64,000 nt of DNA, taken from the NCBI GenBank assembly GCA_965207185.1, contig OZ242271.1:1856806-1920805 (forward strand), read 5' to 3'. The stretch's first letter is position 1, and each line of letters begins with the position of its first letter. The position numbers and the translations under genes were made by a program. This DNA is from Chloroflexota bacterium. GTDB lineage: Bacteria; Chloroflexota; UBA11872. The notes under the pieces were generated by a model. That model was given only the letters and a program-made list of their open reading frames with translations. It had not been told where the DNA came from and made no database searches. This document shows positions 16,895-25,970 of the stretch, one piece after another.

Positions 16895-18192
16895 CCGTTG
16901 GCGGGCGAATAGTTCGTCAGTTTGGGTATGGCCTCTTTGGCCATCTCGAAATAGAGCGGGTCCTTTTCGATCCCCACGCTTCGGTAGCCGACGGCTTCCG
17001 CGGCGGCCAGCGTCGAGCCAGCGCCCGCGAACGGGTCGAGAATGACACCCTCGCCGACCGGCAATGCCGCCCGCACGAGCGTCCGGAGAAATGCCTGTGG
17101 TTTGAGGCTCGGATGCGGCGCGAGGTCGCGCTCGGCTTTACGGGTCGGCGCGGAAGCGATGACGTCGCCAAACGGCTTGTCGGGGCTCGGCCGGCGAAAG
17201 CCGCCTGTCTTCCAGGCGCGCAGGTTGTCCTGCACTCGTCCCTCGATGGGCTTTCGGTAGACGACCCAGGGCTCCCACATGGAGCGGGGCATCACGCTGA
17301 CTTCGCGAAACTCGTTGTGCGCGGCTTTCGGCCGGTCGCCTCCGCGCATCGTCATTGTGAGGCGCACGATTTCACCGCGGCGCTCCAGCCCCGCATCCGC
17401 CAGGGCCCCGGAAACCAGATACGACAAGAGCGGATTGGAAGCCACGACCACCTGCGCGCCGGGAACCAGCTTGGGGAGTAGCAGGCGCGCCCAGACGAAG
17501 AAGAACGTACGAATGTCGTTGAGTTGCTCTTGCGTGAGCGTTGTGAAACGGGGTAGCGGTGAGCGGCGATGGCCGTCGAACGATGGAGGTATCCGCCAGA
17601 CCCCACCTCGGCCTCTGCGTAGCTTGGCCTGTTGCTCAGAGGTGTACTCGTGGAGCCCATAGGGTGGGTCCGTCACAACGGCGTGGATGCTGTTGTCGTC
17701 CTGCTGGCGCAGCCAGTCGAAGCAGTCGGCGTGGTGGAGGGTGGCCCGTCCGAATGACGCCGGCGCCTCCCACGCGTCAAGCGCCGGAAGCTCTCGCTGG
17801 ACGCCGGATTCGGCCGATGATCGAAGCTTGTAGACGCCTCGCCGTTCACGGGCAAACACGTTCGGGGTGTTCAGCCGCAGGTATGAACGAATTGAGGAAC
17901 CGCGCGTCGGTCCCACAACCTGGGATACGCGCGCCTCGATCTCCTTGACCGACAGCGGCTGCGAGGTGTGCGACATGACCTGAACGATGCCGTCGCGCAC
18001 CCGTCCGGGAGCCTGGCGCGCGTGCTCATCAGTCATCTCGGTCTGAACTCTAGACGTCGGGACGTCTTTAGGCAAGGTCTCCGCCAGGTGGCCATTCGCT
18101 TCATGTAGCTCGCGCAGGCGTATAACAACACGCCGCGCAGATGCCTCGGCTACCAAACGCCGGCTGAGGTTTTCTGAAACCACCTGTTGCAC
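16879..18192 (-). CDS. DNA methyltransferase, beta-class (motif IV DPPY before motif I FAGAGST; N6-adenine or N4-cytosine), with N-terminal winged-helix-like domain
   Basis: VVTDPPYG followed C-terminally by ILDPFAGAGST, i.e. ParB-type methylase domain order. Low GC. Alternative start ATG 18036 (MTDEH...). Confidence 0.8.
   Translation of the reverse strand: MQQVVSENLSRRLVAEASARRVVIRLRELHEANGHLAETLPKDVPTSRVQTEMTDEHARQAPGRVRDGIVQVMSHTSQPLSVKEIEARVSQVVGPTRGSSIRSYLRLNTPNVFARERRGVYKLRSSAESGVQRELPALDAWEAPASFGRATLHHADCFDWLRQQDDNSIHAVVTDPPYGLHEYTSEQQAKLRRGRGGVWRIPPSFDGHRRSPLPRFTTLTQEQLNDIRTFFFVWARLLLPKLVPGAQVVVASNPLLSYLVSGALADAGLERRGEIVRLTMTMRGGDRPKAAHNEFREVSVMPRSMWEPWVVYRKPIEGRVQDNLRAWKTGGFRRPSPDKPFGDVIASAPTRKAERDLAPHPSLKPQAFLRTLVRAALPVGEGVILDPFAGAGSTLAAAEAVGYRSVGIEKDPLYFEMAKEAIPKLTNYSPANGQSSR
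18052..18067. promoter_or_regulatory. Inverted repeat AGACGTC-GG-GACGTCT (contains GACGTC twice); candidate operator or recognition-site-like sequence at the methylase 5' end
   Basis: 7-bp perfect arms; lies 16 nt upstream of the alternative methylase start 18036. Confidence 0.3.
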
Positions 18193-18394
18193 TTGATATG
18201 TGAATCCACAGTCCTGCGTTCGCGGGCATGGCGGGGATTAAGGTTGCTCGCTTCGCGGCTGTTGACCAGTTTCCCTGGTCTCCTGCCTACAATCGGGCCT
18301 GGCTCTCCGCTGCTTTGAATGGTCCCGCCCCGGCAGGGGGTTGGTTGGCCGAGTCGTGAGCCTCTCAATCTGAACTTCGCGCACGGAGGATTCT

Positions 18395-19381
18395 GTGTTA
18401 TTGAAGCGACTGCGGCGAGGACGGCGCGCCGAGACGTCTGAGGCGGAGGCCGCGGAAGCCTTAGCCCCGGCGGTGCAGCCAACGCAGCGTCGGTTTTCGA
18501 CGGTACGGCGTTGGCTGCGGCGCTCGAAGCTGACGGAGGCGGACTGGGAGGAATTGGAAGAGTTGCTGATCGCCGCCGATATGGGGCCGACACTGGCGAT
18601 GGAGTTGCTGGACGAGCTGCGCGGGACAGTACAGGCCGACGGTGCGTCCGACGCGGAGGCGGCCCGGGCCCTGCTGGCGGAGCGACTGACCGATGCCCTG
18701 GGGGGACGCGACGCGCAGTTCGCCAGCGGTCCGGCCCCACAAGTGGTGTTTGTGGTTGGGGTGAACGGGGCGGGCAAGACAACGTCGATCGCGAAGCTGG
18801 CTCACCTGCTGCGGTCCAACGGGCGCGAGGTGCTGCTGGCGGCAGGCGACACCTTTCGCGCCGGCGCCATCGACCAACTCCAAATCTGGGCTGACCGAGT
18901 GGGCGTGCCGGTGATTGCCCACCAGCCGGGTGGCGACCCCGGCGCGGTGATTTACGACGCGCTGGACGCGGCCCTGGCGCGCGGCGTGGACTATGTGATC
19001 GCCGATTCGGCCGGCCGGCAGCACAACAACGTGAACCTGATGAACGAGCTGGCCAAGATGCGAAGAGTCGCCGAGCGGAAGGCGCCGGGGGCGCCGCACG
19101 AGGTGCTGCTCGTGCTGGACGCCCTCACCGGACAAAATGGCCTGCACCAGGCGCAGGGATTCCTGGAGACGGCGGAGGTCACCGGCATCGTTTTGACCAA
19201 GTTGGACAGCTCGGCCAAGGGTGGGGTGGCGTTCGCCGTCACGCGCGCCACAGGCCTTCCGATTAAGTTTGTCGGCGTGGGCGAGCGGCTGACTGATTTC
19301 GAGCCGTTCGACCCCGACCGGTTCGTAGAGGCGCTGCTGGCGCCGCAGCCCGGCGATGCCGGCGACGAGGAGGAATCGTGA
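18395..19381 (+). CDS. ftsY: Signal recognition particle receptor FtsY (short form)
   Basis: [16 protein letters not shown]-loop; DTFRAGA; SRP-GTPase motifs. GTG start at 18395 with GGAGGA SD at 18385-18390. Confidence 0.9.
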   Translation: MLLKRLRRGRRAETSEAEAAEALAPAVQPTQRRFSTVRRWLRRSKLTEADWEELEELLIAADMGPTLAMELLDELRGTVQADGASDAEAARALLAERLTDALGGRDAQFASGPAPQVVFVVGVNGAGKTTSIAKLAHLLRSNGREVLLAAGDTFRAGAIDQLQIWADRVGVPVIAHQPGGDPGAVIYDALDAALARGVDYVIADSAGRQHNNVNLMNELAKMRRVAERKAPGAPHEVLLVLDALTGQNGLHQAQGFLETAEVTGIVLTKLDSSAKGGVAFAVTRATGLPIKFVGVGERLTDFEPFDPDRFVEALLAPQPGDAGDEEES

Positions 19382-20133
19382 AGGGTGTGATTCTGGCGGG
19401 CGGCACCGGCTCGCGCCTAGACCCAATAACGCGCGTGACCAATAAGCAACTGCTGCCGGTCTACAACAAGCCGATGATCTTCTACCCCATCGAGACGATG
19501 GTGAATGCCGGCGTGACGGAGATCCTGATCGTTACCAGCGGGTCCAGCGCCGGGGACTTCCTACGCCTGCTGGGTAATGGCGAGGCGCTGGGCGTCAGCC
19601 ACCTGAGCTTCACCTACCAGGAGGGGGCCGGGGGCATCGCCGAGGCGATTTCGCTGGCGCGGCCCTTTGTGGGCGATGACCGGATGGTGGTGATCCTGGG
19701 CGACAACGTCATCGGCGGGAATATCGTGGAACCGGCGCGGCGGTTCGCGAAGCAGCCTGCGGGCGCCAAGGTTCTGCTGAAAGAGGTGGAGAACCCCAGC
19801 GCCTATGGCGTGGCGGAACTGGACGGCGACCGTGTCGCACGTTTCGTGGAGAAGCCCACGGACCCACCCTCCAACCTCGCGGTGACCGGCATCTATTTCT
19901 ACGACGCGCAGGCCTTCAGCCTGATTGAGCAGTTGGATCGTTCTGACCGGGGCGAACTGGAAGTAACCGACCTGAACAACGCCTATCTGGAACGCGGCCA
20001 AATGACCCACGACGTGCTGCACGGTTACTGGGCGGACTGCGGAGAATCCATCGACCACTATTTGCAGGCATGCAATCTGGTCGCCGAGCACGGAGCCAAC
20101 CGGACGGGGAATGGCGGACGCATCGGGGCTTAG
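19378..20133 (+). CDS. Sugar-phosphate nucleotidyltransferase (glucose-1-phosphate thymidylyl/uridylyltransferase-like)
   Basis: [29 protein letters not shown]-terminal signature; 4-bp overlap with ftsY. Confidence 0.8.
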   Translation: MKGVILAGGTGSRLDPITRVTNKQLLPVYNKPMIFYPIETMVNAGVTEILIVTSGSSAGDFLRLLGNGEALGVSHLSFTYQEGAGGIAEAISLARPFVGDDRMVVILGDNVIGGNIVEPARRFAKQPAGAKVLLKEVENPSAYGVAELDGDRVARFVEKPTDPPSNLAVTGIYFYDAQAFSLIEQLDRSDRGELEVTDLNNAYLERGQMTHDVLHGYWADCGESIDHYLQACNLVAEHGANRTGNGGRIGA

Positions 20134-20178
20134 CTGCGTCGTCTCCGCCCGAGCGCGGGTTGTGTTGGCGTCCGACCT

Positions 20179-21270
20179 TCAGGCCGATCGCGGCGGGCCG
20201 TAGGCCTCCATGGTTTGGCGGGCGATGCGGTCCCAGCCGAGCGAATCGGCGACGGCGTGGGCCGCCCTGGTGCGCTCCGCAAGATTCCACTTCTGCGCGT
20301 CACGCATGGCGGCGCCCAAGGCCTGTACGTCGCCGGGCGGCACCAGCACGCCGGCGCCGGTGTCGTCGAGTAGCTCGGGGATGCAGCCGACGCGGGTGGC
20401 GATGATGGGGCAGCCGAAGCCGAGGGCGGTGATGATGGCGCCGCTGGTGAGGGCGTCGCGGTAGGGGAACACGGCCACATCGCCGGCGTGGAAGTAGACC
20501 TGCAGCTTGTCGATGGGGACTTTGCCTTCGTGCATGAGGACGCGCGGGTCGCCCACGGGCTGGTTGCCCACGATGCCGTCGTAAAACTGGTGGCGCTGCC
20601 CAGCGACGACGAGGCGGAGGTGGTCGCCCTCAAGGCCCTTGAAGGCTTCCAGCATGTCGTCGTGTCCCTTGTAGCCGCGGATGTTGCCGAAGGAGGTGTA
20701 GACGAAGGCGTCGTCGGGGATTCCGAGTTCGCGGCGGGCCTGCTGGCGGGTGACGTTGGCGGGGTAAGCGCTGCGGAAGTCGCCGTGGGGAATCACGAAG
20801 AGATTGCGGCGGCGGATGAAGCGACGGGTGTAGGCGCGGGCGGCGTATTCGCAGTGGCAGATGATGGAGTTGGCCAGCACGGCCATGACGTAGCGGCCCA
20901 CGACATCGACACCCCAGTGGGGGCGTTCGTGGGGGAGCATGTTGTGGAGCGTCCAGACGACGCGGTAGCCGAGGAGGCGGGCGAGCAGCAGAGCAGCGAC
21001 AAACGCGCCCATCCCCAGCCAGGCTTTGGTGGCCGTGTCCGTATTGGTAATGCCCTGCAGCCAGTGAAGATGGATCCCGTGGACGCGACCGCGATTGCGC
21101 CAAATCCAGCCCAGGTTCACGCTGGGCGTATCCGGGCTTGGATTCAGGCTGATGAGTTCGAAGCTGTAGCCGTGGCGCTGCATGGCCTCGACCAACGATC
21201 CGCCGTAGGGATTGCCGAGCATGTTGCGGTAGTTGAAGAGGCTGGGATCCCAGCTAAAGGCGACGCGCAT
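20179..21270 (-). CDS. Glycosyltransferase family 4 (GT-B)
   Basis: C-terminal GT1/GT4 domain with an E-x7-E-like region (GCPIIATRVGCIPELLDD). Confidence 0.8.
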   Translation of the reverse strand: MRVAFSWDPSLFNYRNMLGNPYGGSLVEAMQRHGYSFELISLNPSPDTPSVNLGWIWRNRGRVHGIHLHWLQGITNTDTATKAWLGMGAFVAALLLARLLGYRVVWTLHNMLPHERPHWGVDVVGRYVMAVLANSIICHCEYAARAYTRRFIRRRNLFVIPHGDFRSAYPANVTRQQARRELGIPDDAFVYTSFGNIRGYKGHDDMLEAFKGLEGDHLRLVVAGQRHQFYDGIVGNQPVGDPRVLMHEGKVPIDKLQVYFHAGDVAVFPYRDALTSGAIITALGFGCPIIATRVGCIPELLDDTGAGVLVPPGDVQALGAAMRDAQKWNLAERTRAAHAVADSLGWDRIARQTMEAYGPPRSA

Positions 21271-21324
21271 CTCTAGTTGCTCCCGGGCGGTGAATGGGAC
21301 CGAGCCGCGGCGGGCGGCACGTTC

Positions 21325-22209
21325 TCAGGCATGGGCGGCCTGGATGAGCTTGTTTAGTTCGGCGTATTCGTGCCGGGCGGCGGCGACCGAGGTGTCCCAG
21401 TCGGGCCAGGAGCACTCGGACTCGTTGGCGATCCAGCCCGCATAGCCGTCGGCGGCAAGCTGGCCGAGGGTTTCAGCATTGCGCACGTCGCCCTGGCCCA
21501 GCGGTGTGTGGGCATAGAAGCGGCCGTCAACTTCCAGGGTGTGGCCCTGGGCGTCCGGCAGGCCGCGCATGTCTTTGACGTGGACGTCGAAAATGCGCGA
21601 ACCAAGCTGAGTTACGTCGGCGGCGCCGACGGCGCCGGCGGCCGCGTGCAGGTTGCCGGTATCGAGGGCGGCGCCCAGGTTGGGATGGTCGATGGCGTCG
21701 ACGAGGCGGCAGGTGGCGGCGGTGCTGGAGGCCAGCCCGAGGGAGTGGACCTCAATGGTGACGCGGACGCCGGCGGCGGCGGCGATGGAGGCGGCCTGGC
21801 CGTACCAAGAAGCGGCGGCTGCCAGCTCGTCGGGGTTATTGACCGACAGGCCGTCGGCTCCGCCCCAGAGGCGGAGCAGGCCGGCGCCAAGGATGTCGGC
21901 GGCTTCGAGGGCGCGGCGGACGCCGTCCAGTTCGGCTTCGGCCGGTGTACCCGTGAAGGCTTCGGGGCGGCCCAGGCCGGAGGCGAGCCCGACGACTTGC
22001 AGGCCGGCGTCACCCAGGATTCGAGACCCTTCGCGACCGGAGGGCGCGGGGTTGTCAAGGTCGAGATGCGGCGGGCGGCACATGAGGGCGACGCCGGAAT
22101 AGCCGATGTCGCGGGCCGCTGGCGCCACGCGTTCGAGGGGGTAGCCGCCGAACATGAGCGTGTGAAGCGCCGCTCGCATGGCCGGGTCTCCAGACCGTAC
22201 GCGGCGCAA
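21325..22209 (-). CDS. Sugar phosphate isomerase/epimerase (xylose isomerase-like TIM barrel)
   Basis: AP endonuclease 2/xylose isomerase-like TIM barrel pattern with metal-binding E/D/H residues. Confidence 0.7.
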   Translation of the reverse strand: MRRVRSGDPAMRAALHTLMFGGYPLERVAPAARDIGYSGVALMCRPPHLDLDNPAPSGREGSRILGDAGLQVVGLASGLGRPEAFTGTPAEAELDGVRRALEAADILGAGLLRLWGGADGLSVNNPDELAAAASWYGQAASIAAAAGVRVTIEVHSLGLASSTAATCRLVDAIDHPNLGAALDTGNLHAAAGAVGAADVTQLGSRIFDVHVKDMRGLPDAQGHTLEVDGRFYAHTPLGQGDVRNAETLGQLAADGYAGWIANESECSWPDWDTSVAAARHEYAELNKLIQAAHA

Positions 22210-22394
22210 GGGTAACGCTTCGGGCAGTGGCTAGTGGTCAGTGGTTCGTGGCCGGTAAGGAGTTACAGGATTTTCGACTGATGGCGACGCCCGAGTCGGG
22301 CGTTTGAGGGGCGCGTGGTGGCGCGTGGGGAAGGCGGCGCGTTACATTGACTGCTCGAAGCCAGCAACCAACGGCCAACCCTGGGGGACGGAGT

Positions 22395-22961
22395 ATGAAA
22401 ATTTCGCTGCGCCGCGGATTGATCGGCGCTCTGGCGACCCTGTTGGTCGCGCTCGTCGTGTTTGCGGCGTGTGAGCCGCCGGGGATCACCGAGTTTCCGG
22501 CACCTGCCTGCGTTGCAGCGGGCAACTGTCCAGAGAACCCTTGCCCCGACACCGAGGCCGTGGTGGCGGAAGGCGAGCAGATCTATCTGACGACCTGCGC
22601 CACCTGCCACGGCTATGCGGCCGATGGATTCGGCCCGCAATATCAGCTGTACTCGCCGCGACCGGCGGACTTCAAGGCTGAGGAGTTCCAGGCTGAACTT
22701 AGTGCCAACCCGGGCGCCGTCTTCATGAAGGCCTGGCACGGCAATACGAGCATCAGCGAAGACGACATTGGCGACGTGCCGCACAGCATTCCGCAGGAAT
22801 TGGGCACCGCGCACACAGAGTTCAAGGTGGCGGTCCAGGTTCGCGAGAGGATTCGTGAACAGTGCATCGCGGGCGCCGAACAGCCGCAGGAAACCGGCGG
22901 CATGACCGAAGACGAACTGTGGAAGGTCGTGCTCTTCCTACGCACCGCACCAAGCCGCTAG
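22395..22961 (+). CDS. c-type cytochrome, probable lipoprotein
   Basis: CATCHG heme-binding CxxCH. MKISLRRGLIGALATLLVALVVFAAC is a signal peptide with a lipobox. ATG 22395 inside the track ORF 22347. Confidence 0.7.
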   Translation: MKISLRRGLIGALATLLVALVVFAACEPPGITEFPAPACVAAGNCPENPCPDTEAVVAEGEQIYLTTCATCHGYAADGFGPQYQLYSPRPADFKAEEFQAELSANPGAVFMKAWHGNTSISEDDIGDVPHSIPQELGTAHTEFKVAVQVRERIREQCIAGAEQPQETGGMTEDELWKVVLFLRTAPSR

Positions 22962-22984
22962 TTCGCTCGTCAGCTGCCCACATC

Positions 22985-23015
22985 GAGGGGCGCCGGGTAT
23001 TCCCCGGCGCCCCTC
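22985..23015 (+). terminator. GC-rich stem-loop (13-bp stem) 24 nt after the cytochrome c stop; possible terminator without a U-tract
   Basis: GAGGGGCGCCGGG-tattc-CCCGGCGCCCCTC perfect stem. Confidence 0.4.
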
Positions 23016-23069
23016 GGGCGTTAACGAGGCGCCCCTTCGGATGGGCTGGGTTCTGTGGGCGCTGGTTGC

Positions 23070-23097
23070 TTGACGCGGCGCGGGTTTTGTGTACAGT
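23070..23097 (+). promoter_or_regulatory. Sigma70-like promoter (TTGACG-16 nt-TACAGT) for the small zinc-ribbon gene
   Basis: Consensus-like -35 and -10 with 16-nt spacing, about 75 nt upstream of ATG 23176. Confidence 0.3.
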
Positions 23098-23175
23098 GGA
23101 GGTGCTGACAAAGGCGTCAGCCCGAAGACCGGATCGTGGAGATCTGGCGGAAGTTCCCACAATGAGGAGGGAACG

Positions 23176-23367
23176 ATGACTCACTACGTCGGCCCACGGG
23201 CCACTTACTCCGCGCCGAGCGGGCATGAATCTTGCGTCCGCTGCGGTGGGCGCGGCTCGCTGCGCTACGCCCCGACCGGGCGCCACGTCAGCCGCACGAA
23301 CTACGGTGAAACGGCTTTCTGGCGCACCTGCTCTCTTTGCAGGGGCACGGGGCACACCCAGGAGTAG
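23176..23367 (+). CDS. Small zinc-ribbon protein (63 aa, two CxxC pairs)
   Basis: ATG 23176 preceded by GAGGAGG SD. MTHYVGPRATYSAPSGHESCVRCGGRGSLRYAPTGRHVSRTNYGETAFWRTCSLCRGTGHTQE. Followed by a strong intrinsic terminator. Confidence 0.5.
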   Translation: MTHYVGPRATYSAPSGHESCVRCGGRGSLRYAPTGRHVSRTNYGETAFWRTCSLCRGTGHTQE

Positions 23368-23412
23368 GACGCCTCTCCAGCAGTAGGCACCGTGGACGCG
23401 CGGTGACGAACG

Positions 23413-23444
23413 GAACCCCCGCCGCAGCGGGGGTTCCAGTTTTC
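23413..23444 (+). terminator. Rho-independent terminator (GAACCCCCGC-cgca-GCGGGGGTTC + CAGTTTT)
   Basis: 10-bp perfect GC-rich stem, 4-nt loop, U-tract. Confidence 0.6.
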
Positions 23445-23476
23445 GGCAGAGGATTCAGTCGCGTCCGAGGAGGCGC

Positions 23477-23532
23477 TTGCGTAACCCCGGGGCAGTTGCC
23501 CGGAAGACCCTCATCCCAACCCTCCCCAGAGG
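23477..23532. repeat. Copy A of a conserved 55-nt intergenic element (about 85% identical to 30834-30890)
   Basis: TTGCGTAACCCCGGGGCAGTTGCCCGGAAGACCCTCATCCCAACCCTCCCCAGAGG aligns with TTGCGTAATCCCGGGATGGTTGCCCGGAAGACCCTCAACCCAACCCTCTCCCAGCGG. Both contain a CCGGG-N7-CCCGG hairpin. Confidence 0.5.
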
Positions 23533-23686
23533 AAACCTTTGCGTAGTCGTGGGGCGGCACCTTCGGAAGACGAAGGGTTGGTTGCATGGGCGTGTGGTTC
23601 GACACGGGCCTCCGAGGGACTCCGGCCCGGCTCACCACGAACGGGGTGGTGGCAGGGGTTATGCAACGGTCTCCCGGAGCGTGCGG

Positions 23687-24448
23687 CTAGAGGCCGCAGC
23701 CGCTGTCCATCACCAGGACCTCGCCGGTCATGATCGGGTTCTCGACCAGGAGGAGCACGCCGTCGGCGATGTCTTCGGGCGTGGCCGCGCGATTGACGGG
23801 GCTGCGATCGACGGCCCGTTGCAGGAACTCCTCGTGCCCGATCATCCAACGAGTGTCGATGGGCCCGGGCGCCACGCTGTTGACGCGAATCTCGGGCGCC
23901 AGGGTGCGGGCCAGCGACTTGGTGATGGTGTTCAAGGCGCCCTTGGAGGCGGCGTAGGCAATGGAGGAGCCGGTGCCGGTGATGCCCGACAAAGACGAGA
24001 TGCTGACGATCACGCCGTCGCCGCCGGCCTTCAGGTGCGGCGCCGCGGCGCGGCTGACGAAGAAGGGGCCCTTGAGGTTGACGGCCAGGATGCGGTCCCA
24101 GTACTCGTCCTTCATGCCGTCCAGGTCTTCGTAATCGACGAAGAAGGTGGTGCCGGCGCTGTTGACCACGATGTCCAGGCGGCCAAAGGCGGCGACGGTC
24201 TGTTCGACCATGGCCACGACCGCGGCGTCCGAGGCAACGTCGGCCTGGATGGCCAGACCCTCAACACCGAGCGCCTGGATGTCTTTGGCGGTCTGGGCGG
24301 CTTCGTCGGCCGAGCGCGAGTAGTTGACGGCCACGTTGGCGCCGCGTTCGGCCAGCTTGAGTGCGGTGGCGCGGCCCACGCCGGTTCCACCGCCAGTGAC
24401 CAATGCGGCCTTGCCCTGTAGCGACATGCGTTTTGCTCCTTCAATCAC
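23687..24448 (-). CDS. SDR family oxidoreductase (3-oxoacyl-ACP reductase-like)
   Basis: TGGGTGVG; NSAG; YAASK; PG motif. Probable start MSLQGKAALVTGG at 24427. Confidence 0.85.
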   Translation of the reverse strand: MIEGAKRMSLQGKAALVTGGGTGVGRATALKLAERGANVAVNYSRSADEAAQTAKDIQALGVEGLAIQADVASDAAVVAMVEQTVAAFGRLDIVVNSAGTTFFVDYEDLDGMKDEYWDRILAVNLKGPFFVSRAAAPHLKAGGDGVIVSISSLSGITGTGSSIAYAASKGALNTITKSLARTLAPEIRVNSVAPGPIDTRWMIGHEEFLQRAVDRSPVNRAATPEDIADGVLLLVENPIMTGEVLVMDSGCGL

Positions 24449-24502
24449 GTGTCAGAGCGGCTATTGTGGCACCCGGGAACGCAGCACCGGAGTTGCAACG
24501 GC

Positions 24503-25555
24503 ATGGAGAAGGTATTCGCGCTGCCGAACGGCGAGGAGCTGGTGGCGAGCGTGCTGGGGCCGGGTGAGGGCCGCGGGACGGGCGCCGAACAACTCGAGGC
24601 CTACGGCTTTCTGACGCGGCCGTTCGATCCGTGGATGGTGCCAGCCGAAGGAGGATTCCTGGCGGAATTCCTGGCCGGGACGCATGACCCGTCGCTGGCC
24701 GACACGATGCTGATCGGGCGGATCGACGGGACGGTGGTGGGCACGGCATGGCATGGGACCAGCCGCGACTTGCCGGAAATGGGCGGCTACGGGTTCGTGT
24801 TTACCGAACCCGAGCAGCGCGGCAAGGGGATCGCGCAGCGGCTGACGGAGCTGTCGATCCGGGGGTTCTGGGACGTCGGGGGCCAGGTGAGTTACCTGGG
24901 CACCGTGAACCCGGTGGCGCAGCACATCTACGAGAAGCACGGCTACCGGCATTACAACGGGTTGACCTACCGCGCGCTGCGGCCGGGGACGGACGCGGAT
25001 ACGTTTGACGAGGAGTTTTTTGGGCGGGCGGGCGACGGGGAGATCCGCGACATCCGGTTGGGGGACATCGGGGCCTACACGGGCCTGGTAATGCTGTTTG
25101 AACCGTCGGAGTGGATCGTGCGCGACTACACCGAGGCCATGTTCTATGCGCCGCCGGCGGTGCAGGCCAGCGGGTGCCTGCGGCCGTTCTTCAACTCGAT
25201 GACGCGGCATACCGCAAGTGAGGCCAATGCCTGGAAGGTGCTGATCAACGACCGTGGGCGGATGGTGGCCTCGGCCAACCTGTGGGCACCGGCACATGCG
25301 CCGGTGCGCGCCAACGCGACGATGGAGTTCCAGGCAGCGCCGGCGTACGTGGACCGCGCGGGCGCGGTGGTCGAGGCGGCGCTGGAGCACGCGGCGGAGA
25401 ACGATGTGCGGGCGGTGCGGGCCTGCGGGGTCTCGGAGGGTCGCCTGGACGTGCTGCGCGAGGCGGGCTTTGTTGAAGAGGTGGTGCAACCGGCAGCTCT
25501 CGACCTGGGCGAGGGTCGCGCGGACGTGACGGTGATGCGGCGTGACCTCGGCTGA
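24503..25555 (+). CDS. GNAT family N-acetyltransferase (two-domain)
   Basis: Acetyl-CoA binding motif A: GYGFVFTEPEQRGKGIAQRL. ATG 24503 inside the track ORF 24449. Confidence 0.6.
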   Translation: MEKVFALPNGEELVASVLGPGEGRGTGAEQLEAYGFLTRPFDPWMVPAEGGFLAEFLAGTHDPSLADTMLIGRIDGTVVGTAWHGTSRDLPEMGGYGFVFTEPEQRGKGIAQRLTELSIRGFWDVGGQVSYLGTVNPVAQHIYEKHGYRHYNGLTYRALRPGTDADTFDEEFFGRAGDGEIRDIRLGDIGAYTGLVMLFEPSEWIVRDYTEAMFYAPPAVQASGCLRPFFNSMTRHTASEANAWKVLINDRGRMVASANLWAPAHAPVRANATMEFQAAPAYVDRAGAVVEAALEHAAENDVRAVRACGVSEGRLDVLREAGFVEEVVQPAALDLGEGRADVTVMRRDLG

Positions 25556-25874
25556 CGAAGCGGAGTTCAAGCCGGTCGGTCCCGAGTCGCTGCTGCCGCC
25601 GCCGGGCCGGCTGTCGTCAGTCTTTCTGGACAAGGTCGAGATCGTGATCGCGAACGTGGACGGCCGCTACCACGCCCTGGACGGCCTCTGCGAACACGCC
25701 GGCTACCCGCTGGCCTCGGGGCAATTGGTGGGGTGCGAACTCACCTGCCCGCTGCACGGCTGGATCTACGACGTCACCGACGGCTGGGTGATCAATCCGC
25801 CCTTCGGCCACCGGACGCGCAGCTACAAGGTGCGGGTGACGGACGGGACGGTGGAGGTGGCGTTGGCGGAGTAG
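25542..25874 (+). CDS. Rieske [2Fe-2S] domain protein
   Basis: CEHAGYPL...CPLHGW: CxH...CxxH Rieske ligands. Overlaps the GNAT gene by 14 bp. Confidence 0.75.
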   Translation: MTSADEAEFKPVGPESLLPPPGRLSSVFLDKVEIVIANVDGRYHALDGLCEHAGYPLASGQLVGCELTCPLHGWIYDVTDGWVINPPFGHRTRSYKVRVTDGTVEVALAE

Positions 25875-25970
25875 GGGCGCGACGGAACGGCCGAGCGGAG
25901 TGACCGTCCGCCGTTGACTACAATTGTCTCCAGGGCGGCGAGACAGTTCTTCTACCTGGGAGACATTTGA

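Noticed and set aside
23440-23690. Possibility that the copy-A region encodes RNase P RNA, 6S RNA, SRP RNA or tmRNA
   Set aside because: No characteristic conserved motifs (no GGAAAGUCCGG P4 region, no SRP GGAA tetraloop domain IV pattern, no tmRNA tag reading frame).
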